Source of the DNA: Candidatus Thorarchaeota archaeon
GTDB lineage: Archaea > Asgardarchaeota > Thorarchaeia > Thorarchaeales > Thorarchaeaceae
Length of the DNA stretch: 52,354 nt
Assembly: GCA_016933575.1 (NCBI GenBank)
Contig: JAFGAR010000121.1
Location: 1 to 52,354 of the forward strand
Reading direction: 5' to 3'
Part shown: piece after piece, positions 7,840 through 17,622 of the stretch
Numbering within the stretch: the first letter of the stretch is position 1
How the letters are laid out: every line of letters begins with the position of its first letter
Notes under the pieces: model-generated
Database searches by the model: none
Seen by the model: the letters and a program-made list of their open reading frames with translations, nothing else
Told to the model about the DNA's origin: nothing
Program-made: the position numbers and the translations under genes

Positions 7840-9069
7840 TTACATCTTCATCATGAATGGATTCTCGAGGGTCTCTTTCAAAGCTGCAAGGAATTGTCCT
7901 GCTGGTGCTCCATCAAGTACTCTGTGATCGACTGCGCAGCTTGCCATCATGGTTGAGCGAATGGCAATCATATCCTCAATAACAACTGGTTTCTTCTTAA
8001 TCTGTCCAAGAGCAAGTATAGCTGTTTCTGGAGGATTAATCACCGGAATGAACAAGTCCACTTGGAATGGTCCAAGATTCGAAACAGTGAAAGTACTTCC
8101 CGTAAGTTCCTCTGCAGTGAGTTCGTTCTTCTTGGCTCTCTTCCCCTTCTCCTTTGTTTCGAGAGCTATCTCGGTTATTGATTTCTTGTTTGCTGCTCTA
8201 ATTGTAACAACTATGAGACCGTCATCAGTTGCCATTGCTACACCAATATTGACATCCTCAAAAATATGCAGGTCGTTTCCTACAAGTGTTGCATTGAATT
8301 TTGGAAATCTTTCAAGTGTGTCAGCAGTTGCTTTGACTATAATATCATTGAATGACACTTTAATTCCATGAGCTTTCTCCACTCTGTGATTGAGTTCTAA
8401 ACGTAGTGCCACAACCTCAGTCATATCGATCTCTGTAATCATAGTAATGTGTGGATTTTGAGAGCTCTGAGTCATTCTCCTGGCTATGGTTCTCCGTAGA
8501 GGTGTCATTGTTTCAACCTTGCGAACTTTTCGTTCATCCGCGATTGAAATCTGAGGTACTGCATCCTTTGCAGCAACCACATCTCTCTCTACGATTCTAC
8601 CCTCTGGGCCAGTACCCGAAACGAATGACAGGTCTATATCAAGTTCTTTTGCCTTCTTCTTTGCTCTGGGTGATGCTTTGACTTTTCCACCAGGAAGTCT
8701 TGTTTCCTGTGTTTGGGATTTAATCTTAGGTGATTCAATCTTTGCTGTTACTACAGCTGGTGCTGATGCCGCAACTGATGGTGCTGCTGCTGCATTCAGT
8801 TTCTTGGGTGTGATGTCTGGTATCTTCTCACCCTCTTTACCAATGAATGCTATAGGTTCACTGATTGGAATCTCATCATTGACATCACAGAGTATCTTAA
8901 GGAGTATACCATCGTCTGGCGCTTCAAGCTCGAATTCGTTCTTCTCTCCGAAGATCTCTACAACCAGGTCACCTTTTTTGACCTTGTCCCCCTCTTTCTT
9001 CAACCATTTCAGTATGACACCATATTCCATGGCTACACTCATTCGTTGCATGATCATGGTTGTGACCAT
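7840..9069 (-). CDS. 2-oxoacid/acetoin dehydrogenase E2, dihydrolipoamide acyltransferase
   Basis: Lipoyl domain (WLKKEGD..GEKNEFELEAP), Ala/Pro linker, peripheral-subunit-binding ASPRAKK..GTGPEGRI, catalytic DHRVLDG. Confidence 0.95.
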   Translation of the reverse strand: MVTTMIMQRMSVAMEYGVILKWLKKEGDKVKKGDLVVEIFGEKNEFELEAPDDGILLKILCDVNDEIPISEPIAFIGKEGEKIPDITPKKLNAAAAPSVAASAPAVVTAKIESPKIKSQTQETRLPGGKVKASPRAKKKAKELDIDLSFVSGTGPEGRIVERDVVAAKDAVPQISIADERKVRKVETMTPLRRTIARRMTQSSQNPHITMITEIDMTEVVALRLELNHRVEKAHGIKVSFNDIIVKATADTLERFPKFNATLVGNDLHIFEDVNIGVAMATDDGLIVVTIRAANKKSITEIALETKEKGKRAKKNELTAEELTGSTFTVSNLGPFQVDLFIPVINPPETAILALGQIKKKPVVIEDMIAIRSTMMASCAVDHRVLDGAPAGQFLAALKETLENPFMMKM

Positions 9070-9079
9070 TATTTCTCAC

Positions 9080-10054
9080 CTATACGATCTCTCGAATTGC
9101 CTGTGCAATCCTCTTGTTATCAGGAATGAAGTAATCTTCAAGAGGTGGGCTGAATGGAACTGGTGTATCTGGGGCATTGACTCTCCTAATCGGCGCATCA
9201 AGCCAATCAAATGCCTCCTCCTGTACAGTCGCCGCAACCTCAGCAGTTGTTGCGCCAGTTCTTGTTTCTTCTGTTACGAGGACTAATCTCCCGGTCTTTT
9301 TAACGGATTCAATAAGCGTCTTCTTATCCAAGGGGACCAAGGTACGTGGGTCAATCACTTCAACACTGATTCCCTCTTTTGCTAATTCATCTGCGACCTC
9401 AAGTGCCTTGTGAACCATGATGAATGTTCCCCAGACGGTAACATCTGCACCTTCCCGTCGAATCTTGGCTTCACCAAAAGGAATCAGATATTCATCATTC
9501 GGGACCTCTTCTTTCTTATCATAGACCAGCTTATGCTCTGCAAACAATACTGGGTCTGGGTCGCGAATTGCAGTCTTGATGAGACCTTTGACATCTGAGG
9601 CAAAAGCTGGTACCGCTACTTTGAGACCTGGTGTATGCATAAACCACGCCTCTAGGCTCTGAGAATGATGAGAAGCAATATTCTTCCCCCCGCCAAAGAC
9701 GGTTCTCAGAACAAGAGGAACTGAAGTCTGACCACCGAACATATACCTCATCTTAGCGGCCTGATTGCATACTTGATCCATTGCCAGTGAGATTAGGTCT
9801 CCGAACATTATCTCTGCTACAGGAATCAGTCCTGTAATAGCCGCTCCAACTGCGGCTCCTGCAATAGTGTTCTCAGAGATTGGGGTATCTCGAACTCTAT
9901 CAACACCGAATTCCTCAGCAAGACCCTTTGTGACTTTGAAAGCTCCTCCCCAATTGATACCTATATCTTCTCCAAGTAGGAAGACCCGTTCATCTCGACG
10001 CATCTCTTCCCGTAGGCCAGCTGTAAGTGCGTCTCTGTAGGTCATCTCTGTCAT
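9080..10054 (-). CDS. 2-oxoacid/acetoin dehydrogenase E1 beta subunit
   Basis: GEDIG..GG, DTPISE, HHSQSLEA, EVIDPRTL. Confidence 0.95.
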   Translation of the reverse strand: MTEMTYRDALTAGLREEMRRDERVFLLGEDIGINWGGAFKVTKGLAEEFGVDRVRDTPISENTIAGAAVGAAITGLIPVAEIMFGDLISLAMDQVCNQAAKMRYMFGGQTSVPLVLRTVFGGGKNIASHHSQSLEAWFMHTPGLKVAVPAFASDVKGLIKTAIRDPDPVLFAEHKLVYDKKEEVPNDEYLIPFGEAKIRREGADVTVWGTFIMVHKALEVADELAKEGISVEVIDPRTLVPLDKKTLIESVKKTGRLVLVTEETRTGATTAEVAATVQEEAFDWLDAPIRRVNAPDTPVPFSPPLEDYFIPDNKRIAQAIREIV

Positions 10055-11029
10055 CTAGACCGCCTCCGCATAGACATCATCCAGAGCATCCTCTGGAGCT
10101 GGGTACTCTGACTTCTTTGCAAATTCCGCAGCCTTATCGACTTCTTTCTGAAGCGATGTGCGTATCTTCTCTGCTTCTTTCTCAGTTATGGCTCCCTGTT
10201 CGATCGCTATCTTCTTGATTATTTCAACAGCATCTCGATCTGGACTTAGCCACCGATCAGCCTCTTCCTGTGGTCTATACTTTGCAGGATCAAACCTTGA
10301 ATGACCCTTCATTCGATATGTCTGACACTCGATAAGTGTAGGTCCTCCTCCATCTCTAGCACGCTTCACAGCTTCAACTGTGGCCTCATAGACCTCCAGA
10401 GCGTTATTTCCATCAACAGTCTTACTTGGGATGCAATAGGCTTCAGCTCTTTGAGATATCGTCGAGCTCGGGCAAGTCAATTTGATTGGAGTTCCCATGG
10501 CATAGAAATTGTTCTCAACGATCCAGATAAGTGGCAATTTCCAAATAGCTGACATATTTAGTGATTCACCAAATGTGCCATTGTTTGAGGCTCCATCACC
10601 AAAGAAACAAGCAACTACATCATCAGTTTTTCTCATTTGACATGAGAGAGCTGCTCCTACAGCAATCGGAAGGCCTGAGGCGACCACTCCTGTTGCTCCA
10701 AGAACCCCCACATCAAACTGTGTGATGTGCATCGAACCACCTTTTCCCTTACACGAGCCAGTCTTTTTGCCAAGTAGCTCAGCTAATGCTGCATTCATGT
10801 CAGCACCCTTAGCAACTACATGTCCATGTCCTCTATGGGTACTTTGAATCCAGTCTGAATCTTTTAGTGCAGTTGTAACACCAGCTGCCACTCCTTCCTG
10901 TCCGAGATACAAATGAAGTGTTCCGGGTACAATATTTTCTCCAAAGAGATCCCATACTTTTTCTTCAAAGAGCCGGGTTTTCAATGTTCTAGTATACAGC
11001 TCTTTGAGTGCTTTCTTATCTGCTGCCAT
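10055..11029 (-). CDS. 2-oxoacid/acetoin dehydrogenase E1 alpha subunit (TPP-dependent)
   Basis: GQEG, STHRGHGH, GKGGSMH, TPP motif GDGA...NN, YRMKGHS. Confidence 0.95.
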   Translation of the reverse strand: MAADKKALKELYTRTLKTRLFEEKVWDLFGENIVPGTLHLYLGQEGVAAGVTTALKDSDWIQSTHRGHGHVVAKGADMNAALAELLGKKTGSCKGKGGSMHITQFDVGVLGATGVVASGLPIAVGAALSCQMRKTDDVVACFFGDGASNNGTFGESLNMSAIWKLPLIWIVENNFYAMGTPIKLTCPSSTISQRAEAYCIPSKTVDGNNALEVYEATVEAVKRARDGGGPTLIECQTYRMKGHSRFDPAKYRPQEEADRWLSPDRDAVEIIKKIAIEQGAITEKEAEKIRTSLQKEVDKAAEFAKKSEYPAPEDALDDVYAEAV

Positions 11030-11456
11030 TGTCGAATCAACTGCCCCATGATAGTTGAGAGCTTCTGGAGGCCTCCGCGTATCTTATCTGATAAAGGCTT
11101 CGAAGTGACTCTGGACTTGGTATTTCGTATTATCCTACGAGTCTTTGCTGGATTCATCTTAAGACGAAGCCACCGATTGATCAGAATTTGTTGTTGGTAC
11201 ATCTAGTTGCCTGATAATTCTGGAGAGTCCAAATACTTGTGTAACAGCGTACACATTAAAGTGCTTATACTGATTTAGCTACAAAAAAGTCTAGGGATGT
11301 TGGAACCTTCACAAGTTGCGATGTGAAAAAAAATTGGAAATTGATTGGATTGGATCTGTTCCGCATCCCTGACTTATTTATCCGCAAATTCTTCTACGCA
11401 AGATTTCTTATCTTAGTTTGGACAACTCTTGAATGCACTAACCAGGAGTTATTCGA

Positions 11457-11867
11457 ATGAACAAAGTCGGTGTTGCTGCATTCCTTACCTCCGGTCGTAC
11501 ACTGAAACAAGGTCAAGCTCTCGAACAAGGAAAATTGAGTGAGGCATATCAAGAAGCTGTCGGAGTATGCGAATTAGATGCAACATCACTACGTATCCTA
11601 GGTATTGAATCTGGAGCGTTTGTCAGAATAGAGTCAGAATATGGCGCAGTGGTTGTTAAAGCACAATTCGATAAGAACGCAGAACCAGGCATTGTCTTCA
11701 TACCATGTGGACCTTATGCAAACGCAATAACTGGTTCAGATACTGCTGCTAGTGGAATGCCCAACTTCAAGGGAATCCAGGTCGAAATTTATAGAGCTGA
11801 AGAACACGAATTTCTGAATATCAAACAACTTCTCGAAACGCCTTCTGGGGGGGAACTGATTGGCTAA
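11457..11867 (+). CDS. fwdD: Formylmethanofuran dehydrogenase subunit D
   Basis: TSGRTLKQG..., VFIPCGPYAN, GMPNFKG; upstream of fwdB. Confidence 0.9.
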   Translation: MNKVGVAAFLTSGRTLKQGQALEQGKLSEAYQEAVGVCELDATSLRILGIESGAFVRIESEYGAVVVKAQFDKNAEPGIVFIPCGPYANAITGSDTAASGMPNFKGIQVEIYRAEEHEFLNIKQLLETPSGGELIG

Positions 11868-13164
11868 AGAATTGAATATCTTTGACAATGTAGTCTGCCC
11901 CTTCTGTGGTTGCCTGTGCGATGATATTCAAATCACTACAGAGAAGAATATAGTGACTAAGAATCAAAATGGTTGCGCTATTAGTCAGAGGAAGTTTCTA
12001 AATCATCCACATGATAGACTCTCTGGTCCATCCATACGCAAGGGTTCCAGTATGATAGCGACCTCTCTTGAATCGACAATCAAGCAGGTAGCTCAGATAC
12101 TACAAAAATCAAGACGTCTACTAGTCTATGGCCTTAGTTCCGCAGAGAACGATGCACATCGTGAGGCATACAAGATTGCTGAACTCGTTGGCGGTGTTGT
12201 TGATAATACATCATCGGTCTGTCATGGCCCCTCTATTCTTGGAACTCAGGAGTCTGGGGAGGCTCATGGGTCCTTGGCAGAAGTAAAGCATCGTGCAGAC
12301 TTTGTTCTCTATTGGGGTGCGAATCCGCAGTCTGCACATCCTCGGCATATTCGGAGATATGTACGTGTTCCTGGTGAATATATTAAGGATCCAAAAAACC
12401 AACGGGTGATCTACCTTATCGATATTCGAAAGAGCGAGAGCGCGCAAATTGTAGATCAGTTCATAAAGATTGAACCTGGGTCTGACCTGGAACTATTGGG
12501 AACAATGAGAGCACTCCTTCATGGACGCCGATTAGACGTTGAGTCAGTTGCTGGACTGTCGCTGAGTGCAATAGACCGTCTTATGACGAAGATGAAGAAT
12601 GCAAAGTATGGGGTCTTGTTTTATGGTCTTGGTCTATCGCAGTCAAAAGGAAAGCATCGGAATGTGGATGCAGCCATAAGATTGGTCCAGGACTTGAATT
12701 CATTTACTCGATGGAACATGCTCCCAATGCGTGGTCACTATAATGTTGCGGGGGCAAACAAGACCTCTACTTGGCAGACCGGCTATCCCTTTGCTGTTGA
12801 TTATTGTAGAGGCTATCCGCGATATCAACCGGGTGAATATACAGCGGTGGACCTCCTGCTTCGAAAAGAATGTGATGTATTCCTTAACGTTGCAGCAGAC
12901 CCTGCTGCTCATTTTCCGAGGGCTGCCCTTGAGCATCTCAAGAGTATCCCTATCATTAACCTTGACCCAAAGCAGAACATGACTTCATTGATTGCCGCTG
13001 TCAATATTCCAACAGCTATTGCTGGAATAGAGTGCGATGGCGCTGCTGTCAGAATGGATGGTCTTCCACTCTATCTAAAGAAAGTTGTAGAACCTCCAAC
13101 AGGAGTCTTTCCTGATCGAGTCATTTTGAAGATGATATATGATGAACTTCGGAGGTTGTCCTGA
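11860..13164 (+). CDS. fwdB: Formylmethanofuran dehydrogenase subunit B (Cys form)
   Basis: CPFCGCLCDD, SSVCHGP metal ligand, HPRH, MRGHYNV. Confidence 0.95.
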   Translation: MAKELNIFDNVVCPFCGCLCDDIQITTEKNIVTKNQNGCAISQRKFLNHPHDRLSGPSIRKGSSMIATSLESTIKQVAQILQKSRRLLVYGLSSAENDAHREAYKIAELVGGVVDNTSSVCHGPSILGTQESGEAHGSLAEVKHRADFVLYWGANPQSAHPRHIRRYVRVPGEYIKDPKNQRVIYLIDIRKSESAQIVDQFIKIEPGSDLELLGTMRALLHGRRLDVESVAGLSLSAIDRLMTKMKNAKYGVLFYGLGLSQSKGKHRNVDAAIRLVQDLNSFTRWNMLPMRGHYNVAGANKTSTWQTGYPFAVDYCRGYPRYQPGEYTAVDLLLRKECDVFLNVAADPAAHFPRAALEHLKSIPIINLDPKQNMTSLIAAVNIPTAIAGIECDGAAVRMDGLPLYLKKVVEPPTGVFPDRVILKMIYDELRRLS

Positions 13165-13166
13165 TC

Positions 13167-14909
13167 ATGCCTCACGAGATGATTCTTCAAAACGGGATAG
13201 TCTTTGATCCAATAAATGGAATCAATGGTGAAATCAAGGATATCTGTATACGTGGTAAGAAAATAGTGGATAAGGTCTCAGAGAAAGCAAAGAAGGTCAA
13301 CCTGAAAGGTCGAACCGTGATGCCTGGTGGAGTAGACCTTCACTCTCATATTCTTGGCAGTAAACTCAATCTTGGTCGTGCAATGTGTCCTGAAGACCAT
13401 CGCATTGAGTTTGTCCTAAAGACAAAAAAAACACGAGGTGGAGTTGGTCACACAATGCCCAGCTCCCATATCATTGGTTATAGATACTCATCAATGGGCT
13501 ATACTACTGTCATCGAACCTGCCCTACCTGCATTGAAGGCTCTAAGTGCTTGGGAGGAAATAGAAGACCTTCCCAATCTCCACACTGGTATGCTTCCTAT
13601 GTTTTGTAACAGTATGATTAGCTTTCATTACATCAAAGAGCAGGATCATAGTGGTCTTGCAGCATATATTGCATGGACCCTACAGAAGGTTGGGGGTCTT
13701 GGTGTAAAGGTTGTAAATCCCGGGGGCACATATGCTTGGGCTCATGGTATAGACCTTCACGATCTTGATGCCGTTGTCCCTGAATGGGATATCACACCTC
13801 GTGACATCACCCGTGGATTGTGTCGAGCAGTTGAGACCTTAGGATTACCTCATCCTATGCACCTTCATCCTAACAACTTAGGTCGAGTGGGAAATGTTGA
13901 AACAACCACCGCCCAACTTGACAGTATTCGCGACATCAAGGGTCATGCTGGACGCAAACGGACAGTTCATCTCGCCCACATGTCCTTTGACTGCTTTGGA
14001 AGTGTCAATCCTGGAAGTACAGACTGGAAGGACCTTGAATCCGGAGGTCTCGAATTTGCTAAATATTTTTCAAAGAATGCACATTTCACGACTGACCTCG
14101 GTCAAATTACGTTTGGACCAGCCACCACGATGACTGGTGACGGACCCTTCGAGTTTTACCTCCATCAACTCTCTGGCGAAAAGTGGACCAATGCAACAAT
14201 CGATGTTGAACTTCCTGGCGGCGCCGGCATCGTTCCCTATACCTATAGTCCCTCTTCTCCAGGCAATTCCATTCAGTGGGCAATCCCTCTAGAGTTTGCG
14301 TTAAGTGTAGATGACATCTGGCGAATAGCAGTAAGCACAGACCATCCAAATGCTGGACCCTTCACGAAATACCCTCTAGTGCTTTCTTGGTTGATGAGTA
14401 CTAAGCAGCGAAAAGTTTGGTTAGAAAAAGTGCATCCCGTTGTATCACAGAGATCAACCCTACCTGATATTGACCGAGAATGGGACCTCTTTGAAGTAGC
14501 TATTTCCACAAGAGCTGGTCCTGCCCGTATCTTAGGCCTGGAGAAGGTCAAAGGACACCTTGGTCCAGGTGCTGATGCTGATATTGCAGTATACGATGTT
14601 AATCCCGAGAAGGTAGACCTTGCATTGAATCCATCAAAAATCATACGTGTCTTTAGTTCAGCCTTTCTAACCATGCTAAACGGTGAACAAGTAGTAAAAC
14701 GCGGGAAAGTAGACATGACGCCCCATGGAACGGTATGGTCTGTGAATCCTAAATTGAGTGAAGCATTGGGGTCGCGAATTGATTGTGAACTTGAATCTAT
14801 GATGGGTAGATGGTTTTCTCATTCATTCCAGAACTATCCAGTACCAGATAGATATCGTTCCCATATGGAGGAAAAAATTGAGGTGGATTCAAGTTCTATA
14901 ACAGCCTAA
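13167..14909 (+). CDS. fwdA: Formylmethanofuran dehydrogenase subunit A (amidohydrolase)
   Basis: DLHSH, KVVNPGG, HPNNLG, TDHPNAGPF, GADADIAVY. Confidence 0.95.
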   Translation: MPHEMILQNGIVFDPINGINGEIKDICIRGKKIVDKVSEKAKKVNLKGRTVMPGGVDLHSHILGSKLNLGRAMCPEDHRIEFVLKTKKTRGGVGHTMPSSHIIGYRYSSMGYTTVIEPALPALKALSAWEEIEDLPNLHTGMLPMFCNSMISFHYIKEQDHSGLAAYIAWTLQKVGGLGVKVVNPGGTYAWAHGIDLHDLDAVVPEWDITPRDITRGLCRAVETLGLPHPMHLHPNNLGRVGNVETTTAQLDSIRDIKGHAGRKRTVHLAHMSFDCFGSVNPGSTDWKDLESGGLEFAKYFSKNAHFTTDLGQITFGPATTMTGDGPFEFYLHQLSGEKWTNATIDVELPGGAGIVPYTYSPSSPGNSIQWAIPLEFALSVDDIWRIAVSTDHPNAGPFTKYPLVLSWLMSTKQRKVWLEKVHPVVSQRSTLPDIDREWDLFEVAISTRAGPARILGLEKVKGHLGPGADADIAVYDVNPEKVDLALNPSKIIRVFSSAFLTMLNGEQVVKRGKVDMTPHGTVWSVNPKLSEALGSRIDCELESMMGRWFSHSFQNYPVPDRYRSHMEEKIEVDSSSITA

Positions 14910-14941
14910 TTCAGTTCTTAATATCAAGGGAGTACGCTTCA

Positions 14942-15733
14942 ATGCCCAAAGAAAACAAGGATATCTTCTCTGACTTGAAACCTGGATATGAAGGAATTAG
15001 CGAATTCTATGATTATTTTGCTGATAATATTGACCTTCCCTTCTATCTCGATTATGCAAAGCAAACAGGTTCTCCAATTTTAGACATCGCCTCTGGTACT
15101 GGTCGTGTTGCGATTTCTCTTGCGGCTGAAGGATTTGATGTCGTTGGCGTTGAGAGTTCACCCTCCATGCTCAGAACTGCTCGGAAAAAAATAGCATCTC
15201 TACCAATTCAAGTATCAGAGCGTCTTTCAATCATCGAGGGACAAATGGAGAACTTCGATGTTCAACAAACTTTCAAACTGATCATTATTCCCCATTCATT
15301 TGGTCATGCACTAACTACAGAATCCCAACTCTCGACTCTGAGATGTATCCATAAGCACCTAGATGATGATGGGTTGTTCATTCTTGATCTTTACCCAGCT
15401 GCTCTAGAGTACGATCATGCTAGATTTGAGGATCCCCCTGCATGTCTCGAAGATGGCAAAACTATTGAACGACATGGAGAGATACATACCGATCTTATCC
15501 GTCAACTTCTGCGAGTTGACCTACGTTATATTGTTCGAGACTCCACTCAACAAATCCTGAGCACAACTGAGGTGATTTCTAGTGCTGCTTTGATATTTAA
15601 TAGAGAGGCAGATTTGCTTGTGAAATTCTCCGGTTTTGATATTGTGCAAGAACTTGGTGATTATGATAGTAATCCCTACAAGCCTGATAGCAACAGACGG
15701 ATTCTAATTCTAAAAAAGAGCTTAAACAAGTAG
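14942..15733 (+). CDS. Class I SAM-dependent methyltransferase
   Basis: ILDIASGTGR motif I; VESSPSML; HLDDDGLFILD. Confidence 0.9.
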   Translation: MPKENKDIFSDLKPGYEGISEFYDYFADNIDLPFYLDYAKQTGSPILDIASGTGRVAISLAAEGFDVVGVESSPSMLRTARKKIASLPIQVSERLSIIEGQMENFDVQQTFKLIIIPHSFGHALTTESQLSTLRCIHKHLDDDGLFILDLYPAALEYDHARFEDPPACLEDGKTIERHGEIHTDLIRQLLRVDLRYIVRDSTQQILSTTEVISSAALIFNREADLLVKFSGFDIVQELGDYDSNPYKPDSNRRILILKKSLNK

Positions 15734-15736
15734 AGT

Positions 15737-15756
15737 GAGGGGATACGAATCCCCTC
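15737..15756. terminator. 8-bp hairpin between convergent genes
   Basis: GAGGGGAT-acga-ATCCCCTC immediately after the methyltransferase stop. Confidence 0.45.
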
Positions 15757-15790
15757 TCAATTTAAAATGGATGAAGGCCAGACTTATTCT

Positions 15791-17044
15791 CTACTTGAGT
15801 TGTTCTGGAGGTGGGAGTGAATCGACTTTCCTTGGTTCTTCCTTGAATGCAACACCACTTTCTGATTCGAGGCTCTCAGTGTAAAGGACTTCTCCCTCGA
15901 CGATCACATCGCGTTCAAGGTAAATTTTACGACCATAGATACTGCCAACACGGGCGCGTTCTTCGATTCGGATATCATCACCATAGAGAGATTCGGTTCT
16001 TGCTCGCTCACGAATAAGAATCTCACCAGACTCAACAAATCCTCTTACCTCAGCACGTTTTCCAATTCGGAATCCATCTGAGGCTTTGATGTAAGCAGCA
16101 GCAATTTCACCACCCACAATGATTCTGAAGGTGTCAATTCTACCTTCAACTTTGACAGTACCACCAACCTTGATTTTATCGTCACACTTCAGGTTACCTA
16201 GAACTGCAACAGTGCCGCCAACGTTGAGCCCTTGAGTCAGTGAAAGATCTCCTTCTGCTTTCACGGTGCCTCCAACATCAATAGCTTCACCCCTAGCATT
16301 GCCCATGATTTTGACAGTCCCACCAACATCAATTTCACCAAATTCAAGCTCTCCATGAGCCTTGAATGTTCCACCAATGTCGATGTTCCTTACCTTAGAT
16401 CCTGGTCCAACGCTTGCAGAGCCACCAACATCGAGATCGTCAATCTCAATAGCCTCTTCAGCCTTGAAACTTCCACCTACTGATACTTTCTTGATAACAC
16501 CACTCACAGCCTTTCCAGAGCCACCTGCATCGAATTCTTCCGCCTCAATGTTTCCACCAATTGAGATTGAAGCTCCACCAGCAATTCTCTCAACCTTGCA
16601 TAGTCCACCAATCTTTACTGAAGCTCCTCCGGTGAGTCTCTGAGCTTCTGCATCACCTTCGACCTTGATTGATGCACCTGCTTTCGCAACAATGCATTTC
16701 AGATTGCCCTCTACACTTAATGCAGCGCCTGCCTCAATATCTCTAGCTTCACAGTTACCTTCGACTTCGATAGAACCTTTTCGAGCATCAATGGATTTTG
16801 CAACGACTAGATTTCCCCTCACTTCAATGCGATCTCGCGTCTTGAGTTCCAGTCGATCACATCTGAGGTTTCCATCAATAATGAGGTCTTCGTAGACAAT
16901 GAGTGCTCCACTAATGTTTATCTCATTTCCTTGTTTTGGAGCAAGGGTACCACAACTGCGGATCTCGACATCTCCCTCAATAGAGTCAAGCTCAACAGTG
17001 TTTTCATTTTTATGTTCGTATTTTTGTGCCATTTTGGCCATCAT
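15791..17044 (-). CDS. Polymer-forming cytoskeletal (bactofilin-like) beta-solenoid repeat protein
   Basis: Many ~17-aa repeats of the type i.VGGtvkv.G; C-terminal IYGRKIYLE..V.VEGEVLYT. Confidence 0.8.
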   Translation of the reverse strand: MMAKMAQKYEHKNENTVELDSIEGDVEIRSCGTLAPKQGNEINISGALIVYEDLIIDGNLRCDRLELKTRDRIEVRGNLVVAKSIDARKGSIEVEGNCEARDIEAGAALSVEGNLKCIVAKAGASIKVEGDAEAQRLTGGASVKIGGLCKVERIAGGASISIGGNIEAEEFDAGGSGKAVSGVIKKVSVGGSFKAEEAIEIDDLDVGGSASVGPGSKVRNIDIGGTFKAHGELEFGEIDVGGTVKIMGNARGEAIDVGGTVKAEGDLSLTQGLNVGGTVAVLGNLKCDDKIKVGGTVKVEGRIDTFRIIVGGEIAAAYIKASDGFRIGKRAEVRGFVESGEILIRERARTESLYGDDIRIEERARVGSIYGRKIYLERDVIVEGEVLYTESLESESGVAFKEEPRKVDSLPPPEQLK

Positions 17045-17080
17045 CCGTTATTATTATTCAAGTAAATCTCTGTAAATTTC

Positions 17081-17123
17081 ATATATAAGCGAGAGTCACA
17101 ATAAGAAGTCACAAAATGTGACT
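17081..17123 (-). promoter_or_regulatory. TATA box plus palindromic operator upstream of the bactofilin-like gene
   Basis: Minus-strand CTTATATAT (17081-17089); palindrome AGTCACA-aaa-TGTGACT (17107-17123); extra half-site AGTCACA (17094-17100). Confidence 0.55.
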
Positions 17124-17149
17124 AGCTTGAATTTACTCTATTCCACTCC

Positions 17150-17497
17150 TCACATCCCAATAATTGGTTCTGGAATGGGTATGCCAACAAGTGATGCCAT
17201 TCTCTTGTAGAGTTCCAAGTATTGATGGCCTCGCACTGTCACTTTGTAGACTCTCATACCCTCATCATCATCTTCTTCCAGCAGCCCTCTCTCACAGAGT
17301 TCTCCAATGGACTCCTTTGCACGATCTACTGGCATGTTAGTTGATCTAGCTGCTCTTGTCAATGGACAATAGCCCCAGATGTAGACAACTCGCAATAACT
17401 CGGCATAGATGTCGTATCTTGTGCGTTTCTGGAGTTCTTTCCTTGAACGTTTCTTTGGCTCTATGTATTCTGATTCATCATCTGACATCCTTGCCAA
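17150..17497 (-). CDS. Archaeal winged-helix transcriptional regulator
   Basis: KRTRYDIYAELL...TRAARSTNM...L.ERGLL...YKVTVRG..YL. Confidence 0.85.
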   Translation of the reverse strand: MARMSDDESEYIEPKKRSRKELQKRTRYDIYAELLRVVYIWGYCPLTRAARSTNMPVDRAKESIGELCERGLLEEDDDEGMRVYKVTVRGHQYLELYKRMASLVGIPIPEPIIGM

Positions 17498-17622
17498 CCT
17501 CTTTTGACACTAGACTCTCTCAGATTAAAGTTTACTGAACTATGCTACTAACTAACCTGATATTATCCACCAGTAACTCTTATGTCTGCTGGAATTGTTC
17601 CAATTCCAAGCCGGGAGAACCT

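Noticed and set aside
10913-11206. Short ORFs 10981..11202 (-) and 10913..11206 (+), and the many antisense ORFs in the track
   Set aside because: They overlap or shadow well-supported genes and show no motifs or convincing RBS.
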